A stretch of DNA of 64,000 nt, taken from contig DYFS01000002.1 in assembly GCA_020725055.1 (NCBI GenBank), forward strand, positions 622 through 64,621. The letters run 5' to 3'. The translations under genes and the position numbers were made by a program. Of the stretch, positions 37,518 through 47,874 are shown one piece after another. Each line of letters opens with the position of its first letter. Position 1 is the first letter of the stretch. Source of the DNA: Candidatus Hadarchaeum sp. (lineage in GTDB: Archaea; Hadarchaeota; Hadarchaeia; Hadarchaeales; Hadarchaeaceae). The notes under the pieces were generated by a model, which was not told the DNA's origin, did not search any database, and saw only the letters and a list, made by a program, of their open reading frames with translations.

Positions 37518-38413
37518 AACCTGCCGCTGGCCGCCATTTCCTCCAGCCGTCTGATCCGCTCCTCGGTAGACGGATGGGTCGAGAAAAGCTCCTTCCTAAA
37601 CGGGTTCACAATAAACATGTGCGAAGTCGATGTGTTCCCTTGCTCAATGGGTTTGCTCCTCGCTGCCGCTTGTAACTTCCGCAAGGCGCCTGCTAGCGCG
37701 AGGGGTTTCCGAGAGACTCTGGCCCCATCTCGGTCCGCCCCGTATTCACGCCCGCGGGATATCGAGAGCCTGACCAACATGGCGGCGAAAGGTATCAAAA
37801 CTATTCCGATGAGCGCTAGGGCTGAGGCGCCCCCACCACGACCCCTGCGCCCGCCAGCAAACATCGAAAAATACATCACGTAGGAGATCACCGCACCTAT
37901 AATCGCCGCCATGGTGTTGATCAGCATGTCGCGGTTTTTGATGTGGGCGAGCTCATGCCCCAACACGCCCTCAAGCTCATCGTCGTTCAGCAGCTTCATC
38001 GCACCATCGGTTACGGCAATCACCGAGTGGGAGGGGGAACGACCCGTTGCGAAGGCGTTCGGCGTGTCCATCGGAACGATCGCGACTTTGGGTTTCGGCA
38101 GGCGTTCGCTTAACGCCAAGCGAGTGACCATCTGGTGAAGCTTGGGCTGCTCAGCCTCACTAACGACTTTCGCGCGGTAAAGCTTCAGCACCCACCTATC
38201 AGCATACCAATAGATGAAGAGGTTCATCAACACGGCGATGGAGAGGAAGATGCCGAGGGTGTAGGTTACATTAATACCGGTGAGGTAACCTGCGGCCAAA
38301 CCTATCAACATCAAAAGCCCTGTAAGCGTGCCCATCAAGAGCGCCGTTCGCGCGGTTCCACCCATGATTATCCCATCGTTTCTTTCGTTTTCATCGTTAA
38401 AAAACTTCCTCAA
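37514..38413 (-). CDS. htpX: HtpX-like M48 zinc metalloprotease
   Basis: TM segments, HELAHIKNRD (HExxH), and a downstream EYGADRDGA glutamate. The start is probably at an internal Met near 38365, since the listed start overlaps the upstream gene. Confidence 0.8.
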   Translation of the reverse strand: MRKFFNDENERNDGIIMGGTARTALLMGTLTGLLMLIGLAAGYLTGINVTYTLGIFLSIAVLMNLFIYWYADRWVLKLYRAKVVSEAEQPKLHQMVTRLALSERLPKPKVAIVPMDTPNAFATGRSPSHSVIAVTDGAMKLLNDDELEGVLGHELAHIKNRDMLINTMAAIIGAVISYVMYFSMFAGGRRGRGGGASALALIGIVLIPFAAMLVRLSISRGREYGADRDGARVSRKPLALAGALRKLQAAARSKPIEQGNTSTSHMFIVNPFRKELFSTHPSTEERIRRLEEMAASGRF

Positions 38414-38936
38414 GCCAGCTGACCTTGCCTGGCCTGAGTGAGATTTCTCCGACCAGCGCGTCCAAGAACGATTTTACCGCCGTATCTGGCTTTACCCTAG
38501 TAACGTCTATCTCGTAAACTCTATCGATACCGTGGGCTTGAATGGCCTCCCACAGAATTACGTCGAGCGCCTCCGCCTCCACATTCTCGCGCGTTTTTGC
38601 CACCGAATACCCCCGATCTCGAAGGCGGCGCTCGAGCACCTTTGGATTAGTCCGGAGGACGACCACATGGGTGATGATCTGCTTCGGCAGCAAGTGTGCG
38701 AGTAGTCCCTCGACAACGACCGGACCTGGAGAACCTCGAGTTGCGCGGGCGAACTCCATCCGCATTTTTGGGATGCTAGCAACCTTCGTGCCATCGACGT
38801 CGAGTGTGTAAATTTTTTTCCTGTTAATCAGCGCGTTGAGGTCAATCACCCTCGCACCGAGCTTTTTCGCGAGCGCCCGGGCAAAAACTGACTTCCCCGT
38901 TCCCGGGGTACCGCTGACTGCGACCACAACTCTCAT
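38397..38936 (-). CDS. Adenylate kinase isoenzyme 6 / Fap7-like P-loop NTPase
   Basis: VVAVSGTPGTGKSVFARALAKKLG is a Walker A motif. The 179-aa length fits the AK6 family. Confidence 0.65.
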   Translation of the reverse strand: MRVVVAVSGTPGTGKSVFARALAKKLGARVIDLNALINRKKIYTLDVDGTKVASIPKMRMEFARATRGSPGPVVVEGLLAHLLPKQIITHVVVLRTNPKVLERRLRDRGYSVAKTRENVEAEALDVILWEAIQAHGIDRVYEIDVTRVKPDTAVKSFLDALVGEISLRPGKVSWLEEVF

Positions 38937-38944
38937 AAAATCAG

Positions 38945-40057
38945 CTAAAGTTTTTCCGCGCGTAGGTCTATTACGTCCCCGATGCCTTGGCCGACCGATA
39001 TCATTGTGACCGGGACGCCCAGCTCACCCTCGACGCGCTTGACGAAAGCTTGGGCATCGGCCGGGAGCTGTTCGAATTTTTTCGCCCCCGCACAGCCTTT
39101 GAACAGCCTGTCCAAGCATGTTATCACAATCTGCGTCGCGCTGTTTGTCATCACTGCCCGCCTCGCCAGCTCGAAGTCAAACGTGCCGATGCGCCTGCGC
39201 CTCCCCGTAACTGTGCCGAACTCGACGATGCCCATGCGCTCCGCTTCCCCCTGCGGAATCTCTGTTGGAAACGGCCCCGCACCAACCCTGCTCGCGTAAG
39301 CCTTGAACACGAGCATCACCTCGTCGACCATCGTTGGCCCCACCCCGACATCGGCGGCAGCGGTGCTCGCACACGTGTCTTTACTCGTGACGTACGGATA
39401 GGTGCCGTGAACGAGCGAGAGTCCAAAGCCCTGTGATCCCTCTATCAGCACGAGTTCACCCCTGCGCAGGACGTCATTTACCTCCTTGGGCACGTCCGCG
39501 AGGAAGCGCTGGAGCTCCTGAACGCTTTCTGCGAGCCTTGCGGTGCGGTTCACCCGTGCGACGTTCGCCGGACCGCAACCGGTGCCCGTCGTGCCTATCT
39601 TACCTTTGAGGTGCGCCGAGGTTCGATCCTGCTCCACGTGACTCGCCTCGATAACGGCGCAACGGCGGTCGACGCCAAATCTGTTGCCGGTGCCCGTTTC
39701 AGCTACCTCTTTCACCACAATTTCAGGATTGACGAGCACCCCGGGCCCTATGAGCATTCGAGCGCCCTCGTAAACGAAACCGCACGGGACTTGGCGTAAA
39801 CCGAATTTTTTTCCTTGAAAGTACACGGTGTGGCCTGCGTTAGGGCCGACTCCCGCGCGAGCGACAATCTTCGGTTTGTCGTGGAGCGCTAGGTGAGCAA
39901 CAATCTTCCCCTTGCCTTCGTCGCCGAATTCGCCGCCCACCACGATGGTGCAGGGCAACCCATCACCTCTGCCCACTACGCAACTGTAGTTTAAAATGTT
40001 TCGTGAAGAAGCTCTCCACAAGCTCCACAGGAAACGGTGCTTTAGAAAGAAAAGCAT
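38945..40057 (-). CDS. purA: Adenylosuccinate synthetase
   Basis: [31 protein letters not shown] and GVTGRRRR motifs are present. The true start is probably downstream of the listed Met. Confidence 0.85.
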   Translation of the reverse strand: MLFFLKHRFLWSLWRASSRNILNYSCVVGRGDGLPCTIVVGGEFGDEGKGKIVAHLALHDKPKIVARAGVGPNAGHTVYFQGKKFGLRQVPCGFVYEGARMLIGPGVLVNPEIVVKEVAETGTGNRFGVDRRCAVIEASHVEQDRTSAHLKGKIGTTGTGCGPANVARVNRTARLAESVQELQRFLADVPKEVNDVLRRGELVLIEGSQGFGLSLVHGTYPYVTSKDTCASTAAADVGVGPTMVDEVMLVFKAYASRVGAGPFPTEIPQGEAERMGIVEFGTVTGRRRRIGTFDFELARRAVMTNSATQIVITCLDRLFKGCAGAKKFEQLPADAQAFVKRVEGELGVPVTMISVGQGIGDVIDLRAEKL

Positions 40058-40182
40058 AAAAAAGTTGTTTTAAACAAATAAAGGAAGAGAAATGCCGCTT
40101 CTACAGAAAGCTTTAAATAACTACCCCCTAAAAGAAAAATCTGCTTAGGGAAGGGCTGGCTGAATTACCGAGGAGGTAGGAA

Positions 40183-40389
40183 ATGGTTGAATTACCTGTC
40201 GCAGCTGTTGACCGCGTCATTCGGAAATCAGGGGCTAAGCGCGTCAGCGAGAATGCCGCAGTTGCTCTGGCCGAAGTTTTGGAGGAACGCGCCATAGTCA
40301 TCGCTGCCGAAGCGGCAAAGCTCGCGGAGCACGCGGGGCGGAGAACCGTTCGCGATGTCGACATCCGCCTGGCCGCGAAGCGAGTTTAG
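40183..40389 (+). CDS. Archaeal histone (HMf-like histone fold)
   Basis: 68 aa, MVELPVAAVDRVIRKSGAKRVSENAAVALAEVLEERAIVIAAEAAKLAEHAGRRTVRDVDIRLAAKRV. Upstream lie a TTTAAATA box and GGAGGT. Confidence 0.85.
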   Translation: MVELPVAAVDRVIRKSGAKRVSENAAVALAEVLEERAIVIAAEAAKLAEHAGRRTVRDVDIRLAAKRV

Positions 40390-40465
40390 TACTCAAAATT
40401 TAAATTGTGCTGGCCTGAATATCTCAGGGGTAAAGGTGGATAGCGAAGAGATACGCGTAAGCCAA

Positions 40466-40750
40466 ATGCCTCGCCTTTACGACGTTTTCAAGATGCCCGA
40501 GATCAAAGCCCTTCGCGCCGTAACTGCCCTGCGTTTCAAAGTGGGCCTTGAGGAAGTCCTGAAACTCCCCCGCGTGAGGAAAATACGAACGGCGGGCAAG
40601 GAGGTCGTGAAATTTGAGTTCCGCCGCGGCACCTACCTCCTGCTTTTCCCTAACGGTTATGTTGAGGTGCGCGCGCCGAGTGAGGAAGGCGTGCGTGAGG
40701 CTCTACTCGCTTTTAGAGATGAGCTGTTCAAACACGGCTTGATCAAATAG
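40466..40750 (+). CDS. Small conserved-looking protein of unknown function
   Basis: 94 aa from MPRLYDVFKMPEIK. It has a mixed alpha/beta pattern and no recognisable motif. The start is uncertain (alternative at 40493). Confidence 0.3.
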   Translation: MPRLYDVFKMPEIKALRAVTALRFKVGLEEVLKLPRVRKIRTAGKEVVKFEFRRGTYLLLFPNGYVEVRAPSEEGVREALLAFRDELFKHGLIK

Positions 40751-40760
40751 CGGCGAGATC

Positions 40761-41711
40761 ATGGGGCTACTGAGAGCTGCGCGTATCGCCGTTCGGACGT
40801 GCATGGGTGTAAAACCGTCTGAAACTGTGCTGGTTGTGACCGACGGGTTGCGGGTGAAAATCGCGGAGGCTCTGACTGAGGCCGCGGGGGAGGTTGCGGG
40901 TGAAACTTTACTCATGGTGATGCGGGAGCGGAGACGGCACGGTGAGGAGCCGCCGAAAGTCGTCGAGCGGGCGATGTGTGCGGCCGACGTCGTTCTCGCC
41001 CCAACCACCCACTCGCTCACCCACACCCAAGCGCGGATGAGGGCCTGCGAGGCCGGCGCAAGGGTGGCAACGATGCCTATGATAACCGAAAGCATGATGC
41101 GGCGCGGCGCCATGCTCGCGAATTATAAAAAAGTCAGAACACTCACCCTAAAAGTTGCTAGGATGCTCAACGCGGCACCGAGCGTCAAGGTCGAGACGCG
41201 GGCTGGAACGAGGTTACGTCTGGACATCTCCGGCAGAAAAGCCCACCCAGATACCGGCATTTACCTCAACCCCGGTGACTTCGGCAACCTACCAGCCGGC
41301 GAGGCATTCATCGCACCGGTTGAAGGTTCCGGCGAAGGCGTGGCGATAGTCGATGGCTCAATGGTCGATGTGCTCCGCGCGCCGGTCAAAATAGAGGTGC
41401 TGAGGGGGCGGGCGTTGAGGATTACTGGAAAACCCGCACGAAAACTGCGCAGCATGTTAGACGGGGCAGGCCCAAAGGCGTACAATCTGGCCGAATTCGG
41501 TATAGGGACAAATTATGCGGCTAGGCTCATAGGCAACGTGCTCGAGGACGAGAAGGTCCTAGGCACATGCCACATCGCGCTCGGGGATAACTCGACGTTT
41601 GGTGGGCGGGTAAAAGCTGGAATCCACCTTGACGGTATCATGCTGCGCCCGACGGTAAAGCTGGATGGAAAAACCATCATGCGCGACGGTAAACTGATGT
41701 TGCAAACTTAA
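40761..41711 (+). CDS. M29-family (AmpS/aminopeptidase T-like) metallopeptidase-like protein
   Basis: GEAFIAPVEGSGEGV...GTCHIALGDN resembles the M29 metal-binding core. At 316 aa it is shorter than the canonical enzyme. Confidence 0.4.
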   Translation: MGLLRAARIAVRTCMGVKPSETVLVVTDGLRVKIAEALTEAAGEVAGETLLMVMRERRRHGEEPPKVVERAMCAADVVLAPTTHSLTHTQARMRACEAGARVATMPMITESMMRRGAMLANYKKVRTLTLKVARMLNAAPSVKVETRAGTRLRLDISGRKAHPDTGIYLNPGDFGNLPAGEAFIAPVEGSGEGVAIVDGSMVDVLRAPVKIEVLRGRALRITGKPARKLRSMLDGAGPKAYNLAEFGIGTNYAARLIGNVLEDEKVLGTCHIALGDNSTFGGRVKAGIHLDGIMLRPTVKLDGKTIMRDGKLMLQT

Positions 41712-41745
41712 AATAGAACCGCGTACAACTCTGCTTAGTGATGAC

Positions 41746-43569
41746 ATGTGTGGCATCTTCGGTTGCCTGTTGAAAGGGGGTAGTGCTGCACCCCTCATTC
41801 ACGTGGCGTTGAAGCGCCTGGAGTACCGCGGTTACGACTCAGTCGGGGCGGCGACGGTTTACGAAGGCCGCTTGTACGTGAAGAAAGACCAAGGAAACGT
41901 CGATGCTGTCCACGCAAAGCTGCACTTGGACAACTTGCCGGGCAGGCTGGGAATCGGCCATACGCGCTGGGCGACACACGGGGCGCCACTCCAGAAAAAC
42001 GCTCATCCACAGCTCGACTGCGACAACCGTATAGCGGTGGTTCACAACGGCGTGCTCGAAAATTTTTCTGGCCTCAGGCAGGAGCTGGAGGAGCGGGGGC
42101 ACGTCTTCAGATCAAAAACGGACACCGAAGTCATCCCGCACTTGATCGAGGAATCCATGAAGGCTGGGCTTGGTTTTGCCGATGCAGTGCGTGAGGCCGT
42201 GAAGAGGCTTGAGGGATCATACGCGATAGCTGCGATCTGTACCCAGGAGCCAGACAAAATAGTCTGCGCGCGCAAGGAGAGCCCGTTGGTCGTGGGGATC
42301 GGTGATAGCTCAATTTACTGTGCGTCTGATATCCCCGCGTTCCTCCCGCTGACAAAACGGGCGATTGCCATGCGCGACGGCGAGTTTGCCATCCTATCCG
42401 ACGCCGGGGCCGAGATCAAAAAAATCGCCGACTGGAGCCCGGTTGAGCGGGAGCCCGAAACCATCACGTGGGATCTCGAAATGGCTGAAAAACTCGGTTA
42501 CCCGTACTTCATGATCAAAGAGATCCACGAACAACCGGAATCCCTGAGGAACACACTCAGGCTTCAGGATACCTACTTGGACCTGATGGCGACTTTTCTC
42601 GACAGGGCGCGGGAGGTCTTCCTCGTGGCGTGCGGCACCTCCTACCACGCCTGCCTCGCAGCCTCGCACATGTTCTCCAAGCTCGCGTTCAGGAGCACCC
42701 AGCCGATAATTGCTTCAGAATTCGTCCAGCGCGCCGGTGACTCGATCAGCGTTGACAGCACCGTGCTTGCGGTGAGCCAATCGGGGGAGACAGCCGATAC
42801 CCTGAGCGCTGTGATGCATGCGAGCAACCGCGCTGCGACCATCTTGGGGTTGACGAACGTCATCGGCTCAACCTTGACGAGGGTTTCAAGGACCTACACA
42901 TGCCAGCAGTCCGGGCCTGAGATAGGGGTGGCTGCGACAAAAACATTCACGGCGCAGGTCTCGGTGCTCGCGCAAATCGCGATAAAACTCGGCGAGAAGC
43001 GAGGGAAGCTATTCCACGAAGAGGCAAAGACGCTCAGGAAAAAGCTACAGCAGATTCCTGAGATCGTTGAGCGGATAATCGCGACCCAAGAAGAGAAAAT
43101 CAAGGGGCTAGCGAAAAAATATAGGGACAAGCGGTGCTTCTTCTTCCTCGGGCGGGGGATAAGCACGGCGACCGCCTCTGAGGGCATGCTGAAACTTATG
43201 GAAATCGCCTACGTGCCAGCGATCACCTACCCTGCCGGTGAGAGCAAGCACGGCCCCATCAGCCTAATAGAGGAGGGCTTCCCCGTGGTTTTCGTCTGCC
43301 CTAACGACAGTACGCGCAAGGCGACAATCGGCAACATCATGGAGATGAAGGCAAGGGGGGCCGTTGTTCTCGCGATCATCGAGGAGGGAGACGAGGAGAT
43401 AAAGAATTTGGCGGACGATTACGTTGAGGTGCCTAAAGGCGTGCCGGAGGTCTTAACCCCGATCCCTTACGTCGTGCCGCTGCAGCTTTTCGCATATCAT
43501 ATGGCGATAGAGCGTGGATGTAACCCGGATATGCCGAGAAATCTTGCGAAGTCTGTCACGGTCTTATGA
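41746..43569 (+). CDS. glmS: Glutamine--fructose-6-phosphate aminotransferase
   Basis: MCGIFG gives the N-terminal nucleophile Cys. The glutaminase domain is followed by two SIS domains. 607 aa. Confidence 0.9.
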   Translation: MCGIFGCLLKGGSAAPLIHVALKRLEYRGYDSVGAATVYEGRLYVKKDQGNVDAVHAKLHLDNLPGRLGIGHTRWATHGAPLQKNAHPQLDCDNRIAVVHNGVLENFSGLRQELEERGHVFRSKTDTEVIPHLIEESMKAGLGFADAVREAVKRLEGSYAIAAICTQEPDKIVCARKESPLVVGIGDSSIYCASDIPAFLPLTKRAIAMRDGEFAILSDAGAEIKKIADWSPVEREPETITWDLEMAEKLGYPYFMIKEIHEQPESLRNTLRLQDTYLDLMATFLDRAREVFLVACGTSYHACLAASHMFSKLAFRSTQPIIASEFVQRAGDSISVDSTVLAVSQSGETADTLSAVMHASNRAATILGLTNVIGSTLTRVSRTYTCQQSGPEIGVAATKTFTAQVSVLAQIAIKLGEKRGKLFHEEAKTLRKKLQQIPEIVERIIATQEEKIKGLAKKYRDKRCFFFLGRGISTATASEGMLKLMEIAYVPAITYPAGESKHGPISLIEEGFPVVFVCPNDSTRKATIGNIMEMKARGAVVLAIIEEGDEEIKNLADDYVEVPKGVPEVLTPIPYVVPLQLFAYHMAIERGCNPDMPRNLAKSVTVL

Positions 43570-45465
43570 AGTTTCAGTTCTAAATTCAAACTTTCGTAGC
43601 TCGCGCTCCAGCAGCTGGTGCACGAGCTTCCCGTCAACCCGGCCGCGGACTTTCCCCATTAAAACACCCATCAGCGGCTGTAGGGCACCAACGCCGCGCT
43701 TTTTGACTAACTCCCAGTTCTCCCGAACCACCTCAGAAACCATCTTCGAGAGCTCAGCTTCTGTGATTCTCCCAAGACCTAGCCGCTGCACAGCGTCCTG
43801 CACGCCGATTCCGCCTGCAACCTCCCGCAGCACATCGGGCACCGCTTCCTTCGCAAGCTCGCCCTTGGCGATGAGACTAAAAATTTCGTCAAAAACCGCC
43901 TTCTGGATGTTATCCACCGCCACCCCCTCGCGTTTCAGGCCGACGAGCGTCTCTTCCAAGGTTGTGGCGACCAGCGTCGGCTCGACCGCGTGTTTTCTCA
44001 CGAGCTCTTCGAACAGCCCGAGATTTTCAGATAGACTCATCCGCTCCGCAAGCTCTCTGCTCAGCCCGTACTCCTCCACGTACCGCTTGCGCCTCTGTTC
44101 CAGCGGCTCTGGTAGCCTCTTTCTGATTTGCTCCAACCTTTTCTCATCTATGACCATCGGCGGGATATCGGTCTCAACGTACATCCGTGCCGCCCCTGGC
44201 AGCGGGCGCATGAACTCCGTGTTACCGTCGGGCAATGCCCTCCGCGTCTCCTCGGGTACAGCGAGCAGGGCTTGGTTGGCTCTAACAACCACCGCGCCGA
44301 GCGCCTTCTCTGCACTTTCCTTCCCAGCCGCCACGATCACCACCGCATCGCCCGGGGATGCCCTCAGCACCCCTCTTAGCTTTTCGACCTCCCCCACAGA
44401 TATCCCGTAGCCGGGCAATTCGTCGGTGTGGAAGATGCCACCAACTCCGCCGTAGACCTTGGCGTAATCCGCAAGTTCGGTCCCAAACCTCCTGCCGGGC
44501 TGCAGCTCCCCCCCAACCAAACCAGCGAACTTCGGCAACTTGACCGCCAAAACCACGCCTCGCCTCGCCAGAACGCTCGCTATTACCTTACACCTAGTGC
44601 CAGAGAAGATTTTGCTCACGTCCACGATTTCACGCGCGACCTCGGTGGCGCCGCGCTTCTTTAGCTCATCACTCACTCCCAAAAGCGCGAGCTGCCTTCT
44701 AACCTCTCTCTCGATGACCGCCGGGATCAAAGCGAGCTCCTGGACCCCCTTGATCTCCTGCCGCGCCCCATCCCTGATCGAGACGTTTATGTCTTGGCGA
44801 ATTGTCCCGATGCCGCGCTTCACCTTGCTTGTGGCACGCATGAGCTGCCCAACCATCAGCGCAACCTCAGCTGGCGTCTGGGGGTCTGTGAAATCGGGCC
44901 CGGTGGCGATTTCAACGAGCGGTATCCCCAGCCTGTCCAGCCTGTAGTCGATGAACTCCGCATCCTCACCCACTTTTCTTGCCGCGTCCTCCTCTAAGCA
45001 GATAGTTTGAATTCGCGCCATGCCTTTTTTCGTTTCCAGGTAGCCTTCGGTTGCTATGAGCATCGTCCGCTGAAAGCCGGAGGTATTGCTCCCGTCGATG
45101 ATAGTTTTGCGCATAACGTGGATTTCGTCGACTGGTTTAGCATTAAGCAACAGTGCAACTTCAAGCGCGATATCAAGTGCTTCTTCGTTGACCGGGTGCG
45201 GTGGTTCACAATCAAGCTCGACTAGGCAAACATTATCAGTAACTTGATACCTAAATCCCTTGCCTTTTATTGCCTCCGCAAGCGCGGCTCGATCCACCTC
45301 GCCCAACTCGCTTTGCGTTGGACGCAACCTTCGCTTCACCTTAAGAGCGGGTTCCACATCATACAAAACTGATGGGCAATTGCAGAACAATTTATGGGTG
45401 TCCAGCTCTTGGTGTATCTCAAAGCCTACCTTCAGTCCTAATTTTTCATACATGTTTTCTCTCAT
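43564..45465 (-). CDS. gatE: Glu-tRNA(Gln) amidotransferase subunit E
   Basis: YEKLGLKVGFEIHQELDTHKLFCNCPS. 633 aa with GatB-like and GAD domains. Overlaps glmS by 6 nt. Confidence 0.85.
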   Translation of the reverse strand: MRENMYEKLGLKVGFEIHQELDTHKLFCNCPSVLYDVEPALKVKRRLRPTQSELGEVDRAALAEAIKGKGFRYQVTDNVCLVELDCEPPHPVNEEALDIALEVALLLNAKPVDEIHVMRKTIIDGSNTSGFQRTMLIATEGYLETKKGMARIQTICLEEDAARKVGEDAEFIDYRLDRLGIPLVEIATGPDFTDPQTPAEVALMVGQLMRATSKVKRGIGTIRQDINVSIRDGARQEIKGVQELALIPAVIEREVRRQLALLGVSDELKKRGATEVAREIVDVSKIFSGTRCKVIASVLARRGVVLAVKLPKFAGLVGGELQPGRRFGTELADYAKVYGGVGGIFHTDELPGYGISVGEVEKLRGVLRASPGDAVVIVAAGKESAEKALGAVVVRANQALLAVPEETRRALPDGNTEFMRPLPGAARMYVETDIPPMVIDEKRLEQIRKRLPEPLEQRRKRYVEEYGLSRELAERMSLSENLGLFEELVRKHAVEPTLVATTLEETLVGLKREGVAVDNIQKAVFDEIFSLIAKGELAKEAVPDVLREVAGGIGVQDAVQRLGLGRITEAELSKMVSEVVRENWELVKKRGVGALQPLMGVLMGKVRGRVDGKLVHQLLERELRKFEFRTETS

Positions 45466-46862
45466 TTTCTCGCCTGCGAGTGAGTTGGAGTGAAAGCCGG
45501 CTTCGGGAACACATCGGGTCTAGTCCTCGGGGTGATCTCACCGGCCAAGTTCTTCCGCATCAGCTCGGAAACTTTTTTGGGATTCTTGGTTTGGCCGAGC
45601 GCGTACATCAATTTCACCCAGGCTACTTCTGGAAGCATATCCTCCCCTGGTATCACCCCGAGCTGGAGCAAATCACGACCCGTCGAGTAGACCTTCATGT
45701 CAACCCGTCCCCAGAGGCACTGCGAGGTCATCACGACCGCCGTGCCGCGTTTCACCGCTCGCTTGATGGCGGGAAACAGGTATTCAGGGGTATGGCCGAG
45801 GCCGGTGCCCTCGAGGACGATGCCCCTGTAACCAGAATTGAGCAGCGAGTCTACGACCTTTGGCTTCATGCCGGGACAAACCTTAACAAGCGCCACCATC
45901 GGATCAAACCTCGCATCTACCCTGACCCTGCCCCCTTTTGCCCTGTTGTACCCGCCGAGCGTGGTTATTTCGCCACCTCTGACCATCCCGATCGGCAAAT
46001 CGTTTACCGTTTGGAAAGTGTCCCTACGGCTGGTGTGGCATTTTCTGACCTTCGCGCCACGGTGAATTAAGCAAAAATCGTCTTCAGCTGAACCGTGCAT
46101 GACCACGCAAACTTCGGCTATATCTGACTTGCTCGCGACCGACACGGCACTGAGCAGGTTCAACGCTGCATCGCTGCTCGGCCTGTCCGAGGAACGCTGC
46201 GAGCCGACGAGCACGACAGGCCCGGAAAGGTTTTTTAAGGCGAAGCTTAGAGCTGCTGCAGTGTACCCCATCGTGTCCGTGCCGTGAGCGATCACAACAC
46301 CCCGCGCCCTGGAGTTCAGCTCCCTCGCCGCAGCCCTGGCGATTTTTATCCAGAGCTCTGGCGTCATGTTTTCGCTGAACACGTTGCACACGGGGGCGGT
46401 TCTGATGTTCGCGAGCCCCACCAGCTCTGGTACTGCAGCATAGAGCTCCTTTGCTGTGAAAGCGGGATAAACGGCACCGGTGCGGTAGTCCACGCGGCTC
46501 GCTATGGTTCCCCCGGTGCCCAAAATCGACACGCTGGGTTTGCTGGGGTCGGGCTTGAATTCCGGGGGGGGCAGGCCCATCTTCGGCACCCTCCCAACCC
46601 CGACTTTGCTAACCTTCGCCCCCCTCGTCAGCCTTACCCCGATGTTATAGCCGCTGTTGAGTTTTATCACGAGATGGTTCGGATCACCGAGCTCGGTGCG
46701 CGGCATTAGAATCCCCTCGTGGATTTGGCCGGCTTTTTCTATCCGTAGCCTATCCCCAACTTTAGCTGAAATTGACCTGAGGGTTTTCAAAGCTTTGCCC
46801 TGATAACCGAACACGCGAGCACCAGTAAGACTAACGTCTGCACGCTTAAATCGGTAATCCAA
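45462..46862 (-). CDS. gatD: Glu-tRNA(Gln) amidotransferase subunit D (asparaginase-like)
   Basis: ILGTGGTIASRVDYRTG...HGTDTM is an asparaginase motif. It overlaps gatE by 4 nt. Confidence 0.85.
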   Translation of the reverse strand: MDYRFKRADVSLTGARVFGYQGKALKTLRSISAKVGDRLRIEKAGQIHEGILMPRTELGDPNHLVIKLNSGYNIGVRLTRGAKVSKVGVGRVPKMGLPPPEFKPDPSKPSVSILGTGGTIASRVDYRTGAVYPAFTAKELYAAVPELVGLANIRTAPVCNVFSENMTPELWIKIARAAARELNSRARGVVIAHGTDTMGYTAAALSFALKNLSGPVVLVGSQRSSDRPSSDAALNLLSAVSVASKSDIAEVCVVMHGSAEDDFCLIHRGAKVRKCHTSRRDTFQTVNDLPIGMVRGGEITTLGGYNRAKGGRVRVDARFDPMVALVKVCPGMKPKVVDSLLNSGYRGIVLEGTGLGHTPEYLFPAIKRAVKRGTAVVMTSQCLWGRVDMKVYSTGRDLLQLGVIPGEDMLPEVAWVKLMYALGQTKNPKKVSELMRKNLAGEITPRTRPDVFPKPAFTPTHSQARK

Positions 46863-46926
46863 AAGTGGCTGTTCAAAGCGTGAAAAGCTTTAAGGCTGTG
46901 GCAGTTAAGAGAACTTGGCGTTTGAA

Positions 46927-47394
46927 ATGAAAGTTCTAATCCAGGGGCTCGGCGAGGTTCCGACTACAATCGAGTTTGCGTTGGAGAAAGAAAGGCCAGA
47001 CGTCACCCATATCTTGTGCTCCGAGTACCAGATGCAAATCGTGGCATCTCACGCCGGTTATAACGAAACCAACGAAGCAGTCATCAAAAAGGCTGCTGAA
47101 AAAACAAACACCAAAGTCCTGTTTCAGAAATGTGATATCTTTGATCCGAAGTCAGTTGGCGAGGCAATTGCTGGAGTGATCAAGCAACTCAAGCCCGAAG
47201 ATGAAATTGTGATAAACTACACGGGCGGCGGCGCCAGCGTCAAGCTGCTCCTAGGCGCAACCGCGGTCGTCCTTTCGCGACTCATGCCGATCCGCATCAT
47301 CTATGCGCTCCGCTACAAGGGCGGCATCGAGAGATACGCGGACCAGACTAAGGAGCTGAAAGAGATTTTCAAGAACCTCTACGAGTTCTTCTGA
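46927..47394 (+). CDS. Small stand-alone Rossmann-like protein with CARF-like features (Csa3 N-domain-like), copy A
   Basis: MKVLIQGLGEV...PDVTHILCSE...KCDIFDP...EIVINYTGGGASVKLLLGATAVVLS. The pattern h-N-x-(S/T)-G-G...K after beta4 and the overall spacing resemble CARF (compare Csa3 VVNLSGGMRILTLA). 155 aa with no HTH. Tentative. Confidence 0.35.
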   Translation: MKVLIQGLGEVPTTIEFALEKERPDVTHILCSEYQMQIVASHAGYNETNEAVIKKAAEKTNTKVLFQKCDIFDPKSVGEAIAGVIKQLKPEDEIVINYTGGGASVKLLLGATAVVLSRLMPIRIIYALRYKGGIERYADQTKELKEIFKNLYEFF

Positions 47395-47404
47395 GTGATT
47401 CCAG

Positions 47405-47871
47405 ATGAAGGTTCTCGTTCAGGGTCTCGGTGAAGTTCCTGCGACCATCGAGCTCGCCCTAGAAAAAGAGAGGCCTGATGTCACCTATGTCGTGTGCTCT
47501 GAGTATCAGTTGAAAAAAGTCGCCTCTGCCGCAGGCTACACCGAGCCGAACGAGAGCGTCATCAGGGGGCAGCCGAAAAATTAAACACGAAGGTAATCTT
47601 CAAGTTATGTGATATTTTTGACCCAGCATCCATGTGCGCTACAATTGCCGAGGTTGTCCGAGAGCTAAAACCAACCCATGATGTAGTGGTAAATTACACG
47701 GGCGGAGCTGCGAATGTGAAGCTGTTCTTGGGTACTACGGCTGTTGCTCTATCGAGTTTCCTCCGCGTCAAGATTATTTACGCGCTTCGGTACGAGGATA
47801 GAATAGAGGTGTATAAAAACCAGACCGAGGAACTCAAGTCCATCTTCAAGCGGCTTTACGAGTTCCTTTAA
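47405..47871 (+). pseudogene. Paralogue (about 65% identical) of the CARF-like gene, copy B. It is interrupted by a 1-nt frameshift in a G5 run near 47570-47574.
   Basis: The N-terminal part (MKVLVQGLGEVPATIELALEKERPDVTYVVCSEYQ...ESVIRG) is in one frame. The remainder (AAEKLNTKVIFKLCDIFDP...VVNYTGGAANVKLFLGTTAVALS...YEFL) is in the -1 frame. The join aligns codon for codon with copy A. Confidence 0.4.
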
Positions 47872-47874
47872 ATT

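Noticed and set aside
39619-39630. tRNA T-loop-like GGTTCGATCCTG and similar GGATTCG strings (for example near 22250)
   Set aside because: The first lies inside the purA coding frame. The flanking sequence cannot form acceptor and T stems. No convincing cloverleaf was found by eye. A tRNAscan or Infernal run is needed before calling any tRNA.
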